NCBI GenBank assembly: GCA_964291295.2
Contig: OZ219754.1
Span: 2,912,001-2,976,000 of the forward strand
Origin: an uncultured Candidatus Binatia bacterium
GTDB lineage: Bacteria; Desulfobacterota; Binatia; UBA9968; JAJDTQ01
Length of the DNA: 64,000 nucleotides
Direction of reading: 5' to 3'
Made by a program: the position numbers and the translations under genes
Part shown: one piece after another, positions 31,235 to 40,728 of the stretch
Layout: each line of letters starts with the position of its first letter
Numbering within the stretch: the first letter of the stretch is position 1
The notes under the pieces: generated by a model
Databases searched by the model: none
The model's input: only the letters and a program-made list of their open reading frames with translations
Told to the model about the DNA's origin: nothing

Positions 31235-31710
31235 CTCCCCTCGCTCGTGATCTCTTCGGCGGCCGCGCGCACGGCCTTGACGATCTTGCCGTATCCCGTG
31301 CAACGGCATAGGTTCCCGGAGATGGCGAAACGGATCTCGTCGTCCGTGGGGTCGGGGTTGTCGCGCAGCAGCGCCCAGGCGCTCATGATCATCCCCGGCG
31401 TGCAGTAACCGCACTGTATGCCGCCCTGCGCCACCATCTGCCGCTGCAAGGGATGGGGCCGGCCCTCTTCGGCCAAGGCTTCGATGGTCACCACCTCCCG
31501 GTCCACCGCGTCGGGAAACAGCACCAGGCAGGACACCACCGGCCGGCCGTCGAGGAGAACCGTGCACGACCCGCACTCGGCCTCGTTGCAGCCCTTCTTG
31601 CTGCCGGTCAGACGAAGGTTGTCGCGCAGTACGTCCAGCAGGGACTGATGGGGTTCGGCTTCGGTTTCCCGGACGCCGCCGTTCACCCGCAGACGGTAGC
31701 GCCGCTTCAT
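31231..31710 (-). CDS. Molybdenum hydroxylase 2Fe-2S subunit
   Basis: GCNEAECGSCTV, QCGYCTPG, GNLCRCTGY. Confidence 0.95.
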   Translation of the reverse strand: MKRRYRLRVNGGVRETEAEPHQSLLDVLRDNLRLTGSKKGCNEAECGSCTVLLDGRPVVSCLVLFPDAVDREVVTIEALAEEGRPHPLQRQMVAQGGIQCGYCTPGMIMSAWALLRDNPDPTDDEIRFAISGNLCRCTGYGKIVKAVRAAAEEITSEGR

Positions 31711-32600
31711 GCCGTCGCCGCCCGCCCGTCCGCCCGGGCCCTTTCCACCGCCTGTCGCAGCACGCGCCGCACCAGTATCCGCGCCAGCTCCCTGCGGTAG
31801 GCCGCCGACCCGCGAATGTCATCGATGGGGCAACACGCTTCCATCGCCGCGGTCCCGGCCCACTCCAGGCGTTCCGGGCTCGGCTCCCTGTCCAGCACCA
31901 GCTCCTCCGCCTTCAGAGCCCGAATGGGCGTGGGCGCCACCGCGCCCAGGGCGATGCGCACCGCCCTCACCCTTTCCCGGGCCGAATCCAGCGTCACGGA
32001 GGCGGCGGCGCTGGCTATGGCGATGTCCATGGCCGACCGCGGCGTGAACCGCTCGAAGGCATCGCCGGTGAACGGTTCCGGTTCCGGCACCTCCACCGCC
32101 AGGAGCAACCCGCCGGCACCCAGCACCGACGCCCCCGGACCTTGAAAAAAGTTCTCCACCGATACGGTCTCCCGTCGGGATTCATGGCCCCACAGGGTTA
32201 TCGTGGCCCCCAGCGCCATGAGCGGCGGCGCCGTATCCGCCGACGGCGAAGCATTGCACAGGTTGCCGCCGACGCTGGCCATGTTCCTCAACTGCGGCGA
32301 ACCCACCACCCGGAGCGCCTCGCGGATCGAGGGAAAGCGCCGGCCCACGGCCGCGGACGTTTCCAGATCCCGCATGGGCGTGCAGGCCCTCACCTGGAGC
32401 CCCTTGCCGGGCGCGCATTCCCAGCCCGAAAGCCCCGGTATCCGTTTCAGATTCACCAGCCCCTCGGCGCGGACCACCCGACGGCGCAACTGTATGACGA
32501 TATCCGTACCGCCGGCAAGCGCCCGGCGCGCGCCTTTTCCCTCCCGCAACAACTCGCTCGCTTCCCGCAGGGAGGTGGGCTCGAAATAGTCAAAGCGCAT
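31707..32600 (-). CDS. Molybdenum hydroxylase FAD-binding subunit
   Basis: YFEPTSL, AGGTD, RNMASVGGNLCNASPSAD, PIDDIRGSAAYR. Confidence 0.94.
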   Translation of the reverse strand: MRFDYFEPTSLREASELLREGKGARRALAGGTDIVIQLRRRVVRAEGLVNLKRIPGLSGWECAPGKGLQVRACTPMRDLETSAAVGRRFPSIREALRVVGSPQLRNMASVGGNLCNASPSADTAPPLMALGATITLWGHESRRETVSVENFFQGPGASVLGAGGLLLAVEVPEPEPFTGDAFERFTPRSAMDIAIASAAASVTLDSARERVRAVRIALGAVAPTPIRALKAEELVLDREPSPERLEWAGTAAMEACCPIDDIRGSAAYRRELARILVRRVLRQAVERARADGRAATA

Positions 32601-32631
32601 GCGTGGTGCTTCCGTTCGACCCGGCTCCGGT

Positions 32632-33573
32632 TCAGGTCAGCCTGGGAATTACCTCCGAGGCGATCATCTCCAACTGCTCGAACTGGTAGCGGTAGGGGAT
32701 CAGGATGATCCGGTGCACACCCGCGTCGACATGGGCCTGGAGCTGCTCCACGCACTGGTCCGCGGTGCCCCGAATCGCGTGCTCGATGGTCGAGTCGCTC
32801 CACTTGGCGATGTCCCATTCGGTGGAGAGCCAGTGCCGCATGGGTCCGTCCGCCGCTTCCCTGGAGGGACCCACGTAAATGGCCAACTGGTTGGTGGCGG
32901 TGAGCTTCGACGGGTCGCGTCCGGCCTCGTCCGCCGCCGCCAGGACCTTGGCCCAGCTCCTGGCGAAACCCTCGGGCGTATAGAAGTAGGTCAGCCAGCC
33001 GTCTCCCTTCCGCCCCGCCCGGCGCAGCACCCGATCGATGTAGCCGCCGATGAGGATGGGCGGATGGGGCTTCTGAATCGGCTTGGGCAGCAGCACCGCC
33101 GAGCGCAGGTCCAATTCGTCCACCTGCGTGGTCACCCGATCCTCGGTCCACAGCCGCACCAGCAGATCCAGATTGCGCTCGAAGATGCGGCCCCGGTCCT
33201 TGAAGGAGATGCCGACGGCATCGAACTCCCGGGCGTACCAGCCGGAGGCGACCCCCAGCAGCAGGCGTCCGTTGGAGATCCGGTCCAGACTGCCCAGCAC
33301 CTTCGCCGCCACCACCGGGTTGCGCAACGGCAGCACCATCACGCCGGTCCCCAGCCGGATGCTCCGGGTGCGCGCCGCAATGGCGGTGAGAACGGTCAAG
33401 GAGTCCAGCACCGGGAAGCTCGGGTCGACCCCCAGAAGGATATGGTCCCAGGCCCAGAGGGACTCGAAACCCAGCTCCTCGGCGCGCCGGGAATAACCTA
33501 TCAAACCGTCCACGTCCGGTGTCTCCCCCGGACCGACGAAATTGCGAATGGCGACTCCAAAACGTACCGACAT
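32632..33573 (-). CDS. LLM-class (luciferase-like) flavin/F420-dependent oxidoreductase
   Basis: AEELGFESLWAWDH, LGTGV, RNPVVAAK, PPILIGG. Confidence 0.9.
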   Translation of the reverse strand: MSVRFGVAIRNFVGPGETPDVDGLIGYSRRAEELGFESLWAWDHILLGVDPSFPVLDSLTVLTAIAARTRSIRLGTGVMVLPLRNPVVAAKVLGSLDRISNGRLLLGVASGWYAREFDAVGISFKDRGRIFERNLDLLVRLWTEDRVTTQVDELDLRSAVLLPKPIQKPHPPILIGGYIDRVLRRAGRKGDGWLTYFYTPEGFARSWAKVLAAADEAGRDPSKLTATNQLAIYVGPSREAADGPMRHWLSTEWDIAKWSDSTIEHAIRGTADQCVEQLQAHVDAGVHRIILIPYRYQFEQLEMIASEVIPRLT

Positions 33574-33593
33574 TTATCCAGGCCCCTCAGGTT

Positions 33594-34367
33594 TCACGCA
33601 CGGCCCTGACCCAGAAAACTCCTCTCCGGGTCGATGCTCCGCAAAGTTTCCAACTCTTCCTCGCTGGGCGGCTCGGTGACCGTCGGGCGATCGGGCACGG
33701 ACAATTCGAACCCGGTGTTGTCCAGCACCTGCTGCACGGTGACGCCCGGGTTGAGGCTCTCCAGCCGCAGCCGGCGCGTCTCGTCGTCGAACACCAGCGT
33801 GCCCAGGTGGGTCACGATACGGCTGACGGTGCCGAACAGGAGCCCCGCCTCGCGGCGGGCATCTCCGCCCGACAGGAATCCCGGACTGGTGACGAAGTCC
33901 ACCCGCGGCACGAATCGGCGCCGTTCGTGCATGGTCACCACCATGACCCTGCGGCACAGCGAGATGATGTCGTTGGCCCCGCCGCTGCCCGGCAGACGGA
34001 CCTTGGGCCGCTGATAGCTGCCGATGACACTGGAGTTGAGGTTGCCATGACAGTCGATCTGCGCGCCGCCGACGAAACCCACATCAAGGAAACCCCGCTG
34101 GGCGAACAGGAACGTGTCGGTGATGCCCGGCAGCATCTGCGCCCGGGGCGCGGTACGCATCTCGTTGGTGGAGTATGGCAACCGGCCCGGAACCATCCTG
34201 GGACCCAGGCTGCCCCCCTCCACCACGATGACGAGCTGAGGGGCGCGGGTCTTCTGCGCCAGCACGGCGGACACCAGCGGCACGCCCACGCCGGCGAACA
34301 CCGAGGTCACGCCCGCAAGCTGGCGGGAAGCGATCACCGCCAGAAGCTCGGTGGCCGAGCAGTTCAT
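33594..34367 (-). CDS. Family I CoA-transferase beta subunit (glutaconate CoA-transferase-like)
   Basis: VVEGG (catalytic Glu region), GGAQIDCHGNLN, LPGSGGANDI, VDFVTSPG. Confidence 0.88.
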   Translation of the reverse strand: MNCSATELLAVIASRQLAGVTSVFAGVGVPLVSAVLAQKTRAPQLVIVVEGGSLGPRMVPGRLPYSTNEMRTAPRAQMLPGITDTFLFAQRGFLDVGFVGGAQIDCHGNLNSSVIGSYQRPKVRLPGSGGANDIISLCRRVMVVTMHERRRFVPRVDFVTSPGFLSGGDARREAGLLFGTVSRIVTHLGTLVFDDETRRLRLESLNPGVTVQQVLDNTGFELSVPDRPTVTEPPSEEELETLRSIDPERSFLGQGRA

Positions 34368-35320
34368 CCCGGCCCCAGCAATTCCTCGGCACAGCGTCGC
34401 TGCCGCGCCAGCGCCTCTTCGCCGAACAGCGCCAGGTAGGCCTCGTGACCCGGAACACCGTAGACGTAGCGGTCGAGATAGTCGTGGATGGCGCCGGTAC
34501 CGCGCGCCCTGACGGCGTCGGTGTAGGCCTCGAAATGGGCGAAGTCGGCTTCGTACAAGCCGTAGCACTCGTGCGGGAAGGAGCCGTAGGGCGTCTCCAC
34601 CACCGCATCCACCACCAGTCCCGGAATCACCGTGCGGTCCGGCCGGCGGCGAACCTCCTCCTCGGCAATGATCTCCTCGGCGGTGACGATGACCGTGGCG
34701 GCGGCCTTGGCGATATCCGCGTCCATGTGCGGATAGCCGTCGATCTGGCAGTTGCCGAAACGGTCGGCCCGATGCACGTGGATCAGCGCCACCTCGGGGA
34801 ACAGGGCCGGCACGAGACAAAGGGTCTCTCCCGTGAACGGGCATTTCATGGTCCGGGTGTCGGTGACCTCCATGAGGTCCGAACCCAGCATGGTCAGGGT
34901 GGGCAGGAACGGGATGCCCATGGCACCGGCCCGGTAACGGAGTCCGAGCCCCAGATGGCTCCACTCCTCGAACCGGATGCGCCCTCCTTCCACCTCTTCG
35001 CGAAGCTTGAGGGAAAGCCCCCAAGGGAGCGCGATGTCGAACCAGCTCGTCATCAGCGCGTCCACGGCCTTGGCGGCCATGAACAACTCGCCCTCGTAGC
35101 ACATGAGGTTCCGGGAAAGGGTCAGGCCGCGTCTTTGCTGGCGCAACACCTCCATCAGCGCAGCCAGCGGGCTGCGCGAGAAGAGACATCCGCCGATGGC
35201 GATGTGGTCGCCGTCCCGAACCCGCCCAACGGCTTGCTCCAGGGTCGTGAGCTTCTCACCGGTGTACTGGGGCTTGGCCTCAAGCCGGCGGCGCGCCTCG
35301 ACGAAATCGGCGGATTTCAT
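34364..35320 (-). CDS. Family I CoA-transferase alpha subunit
   Basis: IAIGG, AGAMGIPFLP, ALIHVHRADRFGN, PYGSFP. Confidence 0.88.
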   Translation of the reverse strand: MKSADFVEARRRLEAKPQYTGEKLTTLEQAVGRVRDGDHIAIGGCLFSRSPLAALMEVLRQQRRGLTLSRNLMCYEGELFMAAKAVDALMTSWFDIALPWGLSLKLREEVEGGRIRFEEWSHLGLGLRYRAGAMGIPFLPTLTMLGSDLMEVTDTRTMKCPFTGETLCLVPALFPEVALIHVHRADRFGNCQIDGYPHMDADIAKAAATVIVTAEEIIAEEEVRRRPDRTVIPGLVVDAVVETPYGSFPHECYGLYEADFAHFEAYTDAVRARGTGAIHDYLDRYVYGVPGHEAYLALFGEEALARQRRCAEELLGPG

Positions 35321-35409
35321 CAGGACACGAGTCCTCTTTCCGGGCCTTGTTCCGGGCGGCCCCGATGGTGGTCAGGGCCGCATGTGGCGGGTGCCGTCAT
35401 GCTCCAAGG

Positions 35410-35438
35410 CTGCTAACATCAAAGCCCGGTGCGGTCAA
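35410..35438 (-). promoter_or_regulatory. Possible promoter of the catabolic operon
   Basis: TTGACC-17 nt-TAGCAG; weak -10, overlaps the miaA stop. Confidence 0.3.
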
Positions 35439-36367
35439 CTCCCGCTCCGGCCAAGGAAGCGGCGGCACATTTCGTGGATGGCATCGACCCGGACCGGATG
35501 CAACCAGTGGAGGTCCGGCTGGGCGCGAAACCAGGTGAGTTGGCGCTTGGCCAGTCGGCGGGTGGCCTGCTGCATCGAAGACAACGCTTCCGCCTGGCTC
35601 AAACGCCCCATGAGGCACTGAACCGCCTGGCGATAGCCGACGCTGCGCATGCTGCGCAGAGCCGGCCCATAGCCCCCATCGAGAAGCCCCCGGACCTCGT
35701 CCAGCAACCCCTCCGCCATCATGCGTTGGCAACGGGCATCAATGCCGGCGTACAACTCCGGGCGCGGCCGCTCGAGTCCCAGTCCCAGCACGTCGAAGGG
35801 CCGGTCGCCGAACCCGTGCTCGCGCTGCCACTGGCTCAATCGCCTGCCGGTGCCGTGGAACACCTCCAGCGCGCGCACGATGCGGACCCGGTCCCGGCGG
35901 TGAATCCGCGCCGCCGCCTCCGGGTCCACCTGTCTCAGGCGCTCGAAAAGAGCCTCCGGACCCTGTTCCGCCGCGGAGCGCCGGAGCTCGGCCCGCAATA
36001 CCGGATTCGGCGCCGGCCCGGCGAACAGACCCCGGGTCAGCGCCTTCACGTAGAGTCCGGTGCCCCCCGCCACCAGCACGCCGCGCCCCCGGGCCCAGAC
36101 CCCCTGGATGGCCTCCAGCGCCAGTTCCCTGAACCGCGCGACGTGGAACTCCTCGTCCGGGTCGACGACGTCGAGCAGGTGATGCGGCCGCCGCCGTCGT
36201 TGCGCCGGCGTCGGCTTGGCCGTCCCGATGTCCATGGTACGGTACACCTGCATCGAGTCGGCGCTCACGATCTCGAGGTCGAGGCGCTCCGCGAGGACCA
36301 GCGCCGCCTCGGTCTTGCCGACCCCGGTGGGGCCCACGAGCAACAGGATCCTCGGTCTGGTGTTCAC
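35435..36367 (-). CDS. miaA: tRNA dimethylallyltransferase
   Basis: GPTGVGKT, DSMQVYR, GGTGLY, AKRQLTWF; follows mutL; GTG start approximate. Confidence 0.94.
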   Translation of the reverse strand: MNTRPRILLLVGPTGVGKTEAALVLAERLDLEIVSADSMQVYRTMDIGTAKPTPAQRRRRPHHLLDVVDPDEEFHVARFRELALEAIQGVWARGRGVLVAGGTGLYVKALTRGLFAGPAPNPVLRAELRRSAAEQGPEALFERLRQVDPEAAARIHRRDRVRIVRALEVFHGTGRRLSQWQREHGFGDRPFDVLGLGLERPRPELYAGIDARCQRMMAEGLLDEVRGLLDGGYGPALRSMRSVGYRQAVQCLMGRLSQAEALSSMQQATRRLAKRQLTWFRAQPDLHWLHPVRVDAIHEMCRRFLGRSGS

Positions 36368-36522
36368 GGAGTTGGCATCCACGGAGCCGGCGGCCGGTGC
36401 GGCCGTTTCACACGATGATCCGGGGGTCTTCCCGAGGGCGGCCAGGCGCGCCGCCCGCACCCGCCCGTCTCCGGCGGCAGAAAGCCTGCGCATCGCGTCA
36501 TGCGAAGCAGCCGGACAAGACC

Positions 36523-38283
36523 TCAGGCGCGCCGGAACAGATGCTCGAGTTGGCTGCGGCTGAACCGGACCATCACGGGCCGGCCGTGAGGACACTGAGT
36601 GGCGAACTCGGTCTCGTCGAGCTGCCGGAGAAGCGCCTCCATTTCCTCCCGTCTGAGTATCCGGCTGGCGCGGATCACGCTGTGGCAGGCAATGCTCATG
36701 AGACGCTGCTGATAGCCGTCGTGCAGCTCCGCGGACCGACCCGTTTCGGCAAACTCGCTGATCATGGCCCGCACCGCGTCGCGGTAGTCGCCTTCGGCCA
36801 GCAGGGCCGGCACCGTCCTCAGCGAGAAGGTGTTGCGACCGAAGGGCTCCAGGGTGAAGCCGGCCTTCTCGAGGACGCCGAGCCGCTCCTCCAGGACCAG
36901 GGCCTCGGTGACGGGAAGTTCGAGGAGCTGGGGCATCAGCAGTTCCTGCCGCTCGATGCGTCCCGCGTCGATGTCCGCGCGCATTCGCTGGAAGGCGACC
37001 CGCTCGTGCGCCGCGTGCTGGTCCACAAGGACCATGCCGGGTTCGCCATGACAAAGGATGTAACAGCCCAACACCTGCCCCACGACGGTGAGCGACGAGA
37101 AATTTCCCGGCGCGCCTTCGGCGCCCGATCGGAGGCCGCCGGGTCTGTTCGCATCCGGAAGCGCGGCGCGCGGCGTCAGGGAGAGGTTCGGGAGCATGGA
37201 CGCGCCCCGGTACGCCGCCTCCGGCTCGCGCACCCCGGCCGGCGGCGGCGTTGCCGGGTGCCCGGGCCGGCTGTCCGGCGCTGCCGGTTCCCCCCCCTGG
37301 GCGGCCGCCTTCAGGGCACCGCGCACCGCGGCCAGTACCGTCTCGTAGAGCTCATGCTGGCGCCGGAACCGCACCTCCGTCTTGGCCGGATGCACATTCA
37401 CGTCCACAAGTCGGTGCGGCAGATCCAGATAGAGAACGGCGGCGGGAAAACGTCCCTTCATGAGCAGCGTGTCGTAGGCCTTCAGCATCGCGTGCATCAG
37501 GAGCTTGTCCCGCACGAAGCGCCGGTTGACGAAGGTAACCATATAGCGGGAGTTGCCGAAGGACGTGGGCGCCTGACTCGCGAAGCCCTCGCACCGCAGG
37601 TGCTCCCGGGTCAGGGAGAAGGGCGCGAGGTCGCGGCCGGCGTCGCCGAAGACCTGCCGCACCCGGTCCTGGAGCCTTGTGGTCGCGGCATAGTCCGCAA
37701 GCCTCCTGGCGCCGTGATGGAGCCGGAAATGCACCGATGGATGCGCCAGTGCCGTGCGGTTCAGGACATCGCTGACGTACTTGATCTCCGTCCGCGGAGC
37801 CTTCATGAACTTGAGCCTGGCCGGGACATGATGGAACAGGTCGCGCACCTCGACGGTGGTCCCCGCAGGGCAACCGGCGGCGGCCGGACTCCCCTTGCGA
37901 CCGTTCTCGACCCGGAACCGGCAGCCGATTTCCTGGGTAGCCGGACGCGACACCATCTCCACGGCCGCCACCGAGGCGATGCTTGGCAGCGCCTCGCCCC
38001 GGAAGCCCATGGTGGCGATCTCCGCCAGATCCGCCTCGCTCCGGATCTTGCTGGTGGAATGGCGCTCGAAGGCCCGGGGCAACTCCTCCCGGGCCACGCC
38101 CTCACCATCGTCGCTGACCCTGATGAGAGACGTGCCGTTGCCCTCCACCAGCACGGATATCTCGCCGGCCCCGGCGTCGAGGGCGTTGTCCATCAACTCC
38201 TGCACCACCGACGCCGGCCGTTCCACCACCTCGCCGGCGGCGATGCGATCGATCAGATTGTCCGGCAGTATCGCGATCGTCAT
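36523..38283 (-). CDS. mutL: DNA mismatch repair endonuclease MutL
   Basis: IAAGEVVERPASVV, GFRGEAL, DQHAAHER, ACH, CPHGRP. Confidence 0.97.
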   Translation of the reverse strand: MTIAILPDNLIDRIAAGEVVERPASVVQELMDNALDAGAGEISVLVEGNGTSLIRVSDDGEGVAREELPRAFERHSTSKIRSEADLAEIATMGFRGEALPSIASVAAVEMVSRPATQEIGCRFRVENGRKGSPAAAGCPAGTTVEVRDLFHHVPARLKFMKAPRTEIKYVSDVLNRTALAHPSVHFRLHHGARRLADYAATTRLQDRVRQVFGDAGRDLAPFSLTREHLRCEGFASQAPTSFGNSRYMVTFVNRRFVRDKLLMHAMLKAYDTLLMKGRFPAAVLYLDLPHRLVDVNVHPAKTEVRFRRQHELYETVLAAVRGALKAAAQGGEPAAPDSRPGHPATPPPAGVREPEAAYRGASMLPNLSLTPRAALPDANRPGGLRSGAEGAPGNFSSLTVVGQVLGCYILCHGEPGMVLVDQHAAHERVAFQRMRADIDAGRIERQELLMPQLLELPVTEALVLEERLGVLEKAGFTLEPFGRNTFSLRTVPALLAEGDYRDAVRAMISEFAETGRSAELHDGYQQRLMSIACHSVIRASRILRREEMEALLRQLDETEFATQCPHGRPVMVRFSRSQLEHLFRRA

Positions 38284-38300
38284 GAAACCCTCGTCCCTGA

Positions 38301-38330
38301 AGACTAATCCACGAGGTTCGCACCCGTCAA
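38301..38330 (-). promoter_or_regulatory. Putative sigma70 promoter of mutL-miaA
   Basis: TTGACG-18 nt-TAGTCT. Confidence 0.5.
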
Positions 38331-38347
38331 CGCGCCGGCGGGGCCTG

Positions 38348-38377
38348 TTGACACCCCGAACCCGCGCTGGATAAGGT
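38348..38377 (+). promoter_or_regulatory. Putative sigma70 promoter of the DUF151-PDZ gene (possibly leaderless)
   Basis: TTGACA-18 nt-TAAGGT, ATG 7 nt downstream, no SD. Confidence 0.5.
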
Positions 38378-38384
38378 CGGCTCC

Positions 38385-39221
38385 ATGGACGCTCCCTTCC
38401 CGGCAGTCCCGGCGCGGCGGCGACGCGCGCTCGGGGCCGCATTCCGGTGGCTGTGGTTCGGAGCCTGCCTTTGGCTCCCCCTGCAGGCCGCCGCCGCCCC
38501 GGACGTCCTCATGGAGGTGCGGCGGATCGTCATCGATCCCACCAGCCGGACACCGGTGGTGATCCTCAAGGGGGGCGGCCGGCTGCTGCCCATCTGGATC
38601 GGCAAGGCCGAGGCCTCGTCCATCGCCCGCGCCATCGAGGGACAACAGATGCCCCGGCCCGATACCCACGACCTGGTGCGAAATCTCCTGGAAGGACTGG
38701 AGGCGGTGCTGGAACGGGTGACGATCACTGAACTGCGGGAAGGGACCTATTTCGCGGTCATCGGTCTCAAGGCCGGCCGGCAGCGGATTCCCATCGATTC
38801 GCGTCCCAGCGACGCCATCGCCGTGGCGCTGCGCACGGGCGCGCCGATCTACGCGACGCCCCAGGTGCTGGAACAGGGCGTGCGCCTCGACGCCCCCGCG
38901 CTCCGGCACGGCAGCGGCGTCACGCGCACAATGGGCCTGCATCTGCAGGACCTCACCGCCGAACTGGGCAAGCTGTTCGCCACACGACTGCGGGAAGGCG
39001 TGCTGATTGCCCACGTGGACAGCGACGGTGCCGCCTCCGGACAGGGCTTCCGGCGTGGGGACGTCATCGTCCGGATGAACGGAAAGCCGGTCCGCAATAC
39101 GCGCGAACTGGAGGCCCTCCTGGCCTCGCGCCCGGGAGCCGGCCGGCACACCTTCCACATACAAAGAGACGGCGGGCCCGTCACCATCGTCGTGGACCCG
39201 CCGTCTCAAGGACCGCGTTGA
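38385..39221 (+). CDS. Bifunctional nuclease (DUF151) domain + C-terminal PDZ, with putative signal peptide
   Basis: LPIWIGKAEA, RPDTHDL, IDSRPSDAIAVALR; PDZ-like MGLHLQDLT...GVLIAHV...GFRRGDVIVRMNG; basic-hydrophobic-AAA N-terminus. Confidence 0.82.
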   Translation: MDAPFPAVPARRRRALGAAFRWLWFGACLWLPLQAAAAPDVLMEVRRIVIDPTSRTPVVILKGGGRLLPIWIGKAEASSIARAIEGQQMPRPDTHDLVRNLLEGLEAVLERVTITELREGTYFAVIGLKAGRQRIPIDSRPSDAIAVALRTGAPIYATPQVLEQGVRLDAPALRHGSGVTRTMGLHLQDLTAELGKLFATRLREGVLIAHVDSDGAASGQGFRRGDVIVRMNGKPVRNTRELEALLASRPGAGRHTFHIQRDGGPVTIVVDPPSQGPR

Positions 39222-39239
39222 TGTTTCAGGCCGAGAGGC

Positions 39240-40679
39240 TCAACCCGCGCCGTTGCCGTTGAACAGTACCTTGCCCCACTTCCTGGCCGTGGCGTCGAGC
39301 ACCTCCGGACTGGACTCCGCCACCGGCGGGAACTCGCTCATCCACTCGTAGGGACGGCACGCGTCGATGATGGCGCGGGAGTTGAAGCCCTTCTTCGTGG
39401 GGTGCACGATGGGGTCGAGGGGGCCGCTCCAGGCGCGCCGGATGATGTCGATGTCGCCATCCGGATCAGAGCGCGTCGCCAGGGCCCAGATCACGTCATC
39501 GGTGTTGGAGGGGTCAATGTCGTCGTCCACGACAATGACGTAGCGGCCGAGGTAGGCGCCCGCGTGGCACTGGGAAGCCACCACCGCGGCCTGGCGCGCG
39601 TGTCCCGGGTAGCGCTGCTTGATGGAGACCACCATGACCAGACGGCTGCCGCCAGCCACCATCAGCCAGACACCCCTGACATCGGGAACGCCGGCTTTCT
39701 CCATCTCGTCCCAGATGAGCGCCGAACGCAGGTACGACCGGTACCAGCCGAGCTCGGCCGGCGGCCTTCCCGGAGGCGAGCCGAGGATGATGGGGTCGTT
39801 CCGATGGTACAGGCGCTTGATCTTCACGATGGGCTCGTTCCGCTCCGCGCTGGCATAGTAGCCGGTCCACTCGCCGAACGGGCCCTCGACACGATCCTCG
39901 CCGAAGATCACGTCGCCCTCCACCACGATCTCGGCATTGGCCGGAACCATCAACCCGGAGTACGGCGCCTTGACCACCTCCAGGGGCTCTCCGCGAATAC
40001 CCCCCAGGAAGTCGTACTCGGGCACGCCGTAGGGCACCTCGATGCTTCCGCCCAGGAAGACCAGCGGGTCATGCCCGAAGGACATGGCCATCTTGAAGGA
40101 CTCGCCGGTCTGCTGGTACTTGTCCCGGTGGATCCGGCCGTGCTTGCCCGGAGAGATGTAGAAGCCCACGGTGTCGGAATCGTGGACCATGACCCGATAC
40201 GTGCCCCAGTTGGTCCAGCCTTCGTCCCGGTCCGCGGTGATGTCGATGCTGCCGGTGCCGATGTAGCGGCCGCCGTCCCGCTCGTGCCAGCGGGGCGTGG
40301 GGAACTTGAGCAGATCAATGTCGCCCTCTTCGAAAACGTTCTCGAACAGCGGGCCGTCCTTCAGCACCTTGGCGGGGACAGGCTTGATCTTCCTGTAATG
40401 CTCGCGCCACGTGTTGACGAACTCCATCTTGCTGTCGCCCGGGGGCAGGTTCAGAGTCAAGCCGATACGCTTCCGCGAACTCAGCGAGTTGGACAGGACG
40501 CGGTAGCCCTTGGGGTGGTCCTTGATCTCGTCGAACAGCACCGCGGGGCCGTCTTCCCTGCGCATCACCATCTCGGTAATGGCGCCGATCTCAAGATCCC
40601 AGTCGCAGCCCCTCAGGGTCTTGAGCTCCCCCATCGCATTCGCCTTGTCGATCCACTCGCGGCAATCATTGAATTCCAT
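39240..40679 (-). CDS. UbiD family prFMN-dependent (de)carboxylase
   Basis: DGGRYIGTG, WGTYR, EGPFGEWTGYY, VDDDIDP, WALATR. Confidence 0.93.
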   Translation of the reverse strand: MEFNDCREWIDKANAMGELKTLRGCDWDLEIGAITEMVMRREDGPAVLFDEIKDHPKGYRVLSNSLSSRKRIGLTLNLPPGDSKMEFVNTWREHYRKIKPVPAKVLKDGPLFENVFEEGDIDLLKFPTPRWHERDGGRYIGTGSIDITADRDEGWTNWGTYRVMVHDSDTVGFYISPGKHGRIHRDKYQQTGESFKMAMSFGHDPLVFLGGSIEVPYGVPEYDFLGGIRGEPLEVVKAPYSGLMVPANAEIVVEGDVIFGEDRVEGPFGEWTGYYASAERNEPIVKIKRLYHRNDPIILGSPPGRPPAELGWYRSYLRSALIWDEMEKAGVPDVRGVWLMVAGGSRLVMVVSIKQRYPGHARQAAVVASQCHAGAYLGRYVIVVDDDIDPSNTDDVIWALATRSDPDGDIDIIRRAWSGPLDPIVHPTKKGFNSRAIIDACRPYEWMSEFPPVAESSPEVLDATARKWGKVLFNGNGAG

Positions 40680-40728
40680 CGTTACCTCCGCTCGGTATGC
40701 ATTCCATCTGCCGTGCTTTCGGGACGTG

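Noticed and set aside
38310-38345. GGTTCG T-loop-like sequence suggesting a tRNA
   Set aside because: No cloverleaf or CCA end; overlaps the divergent promoters
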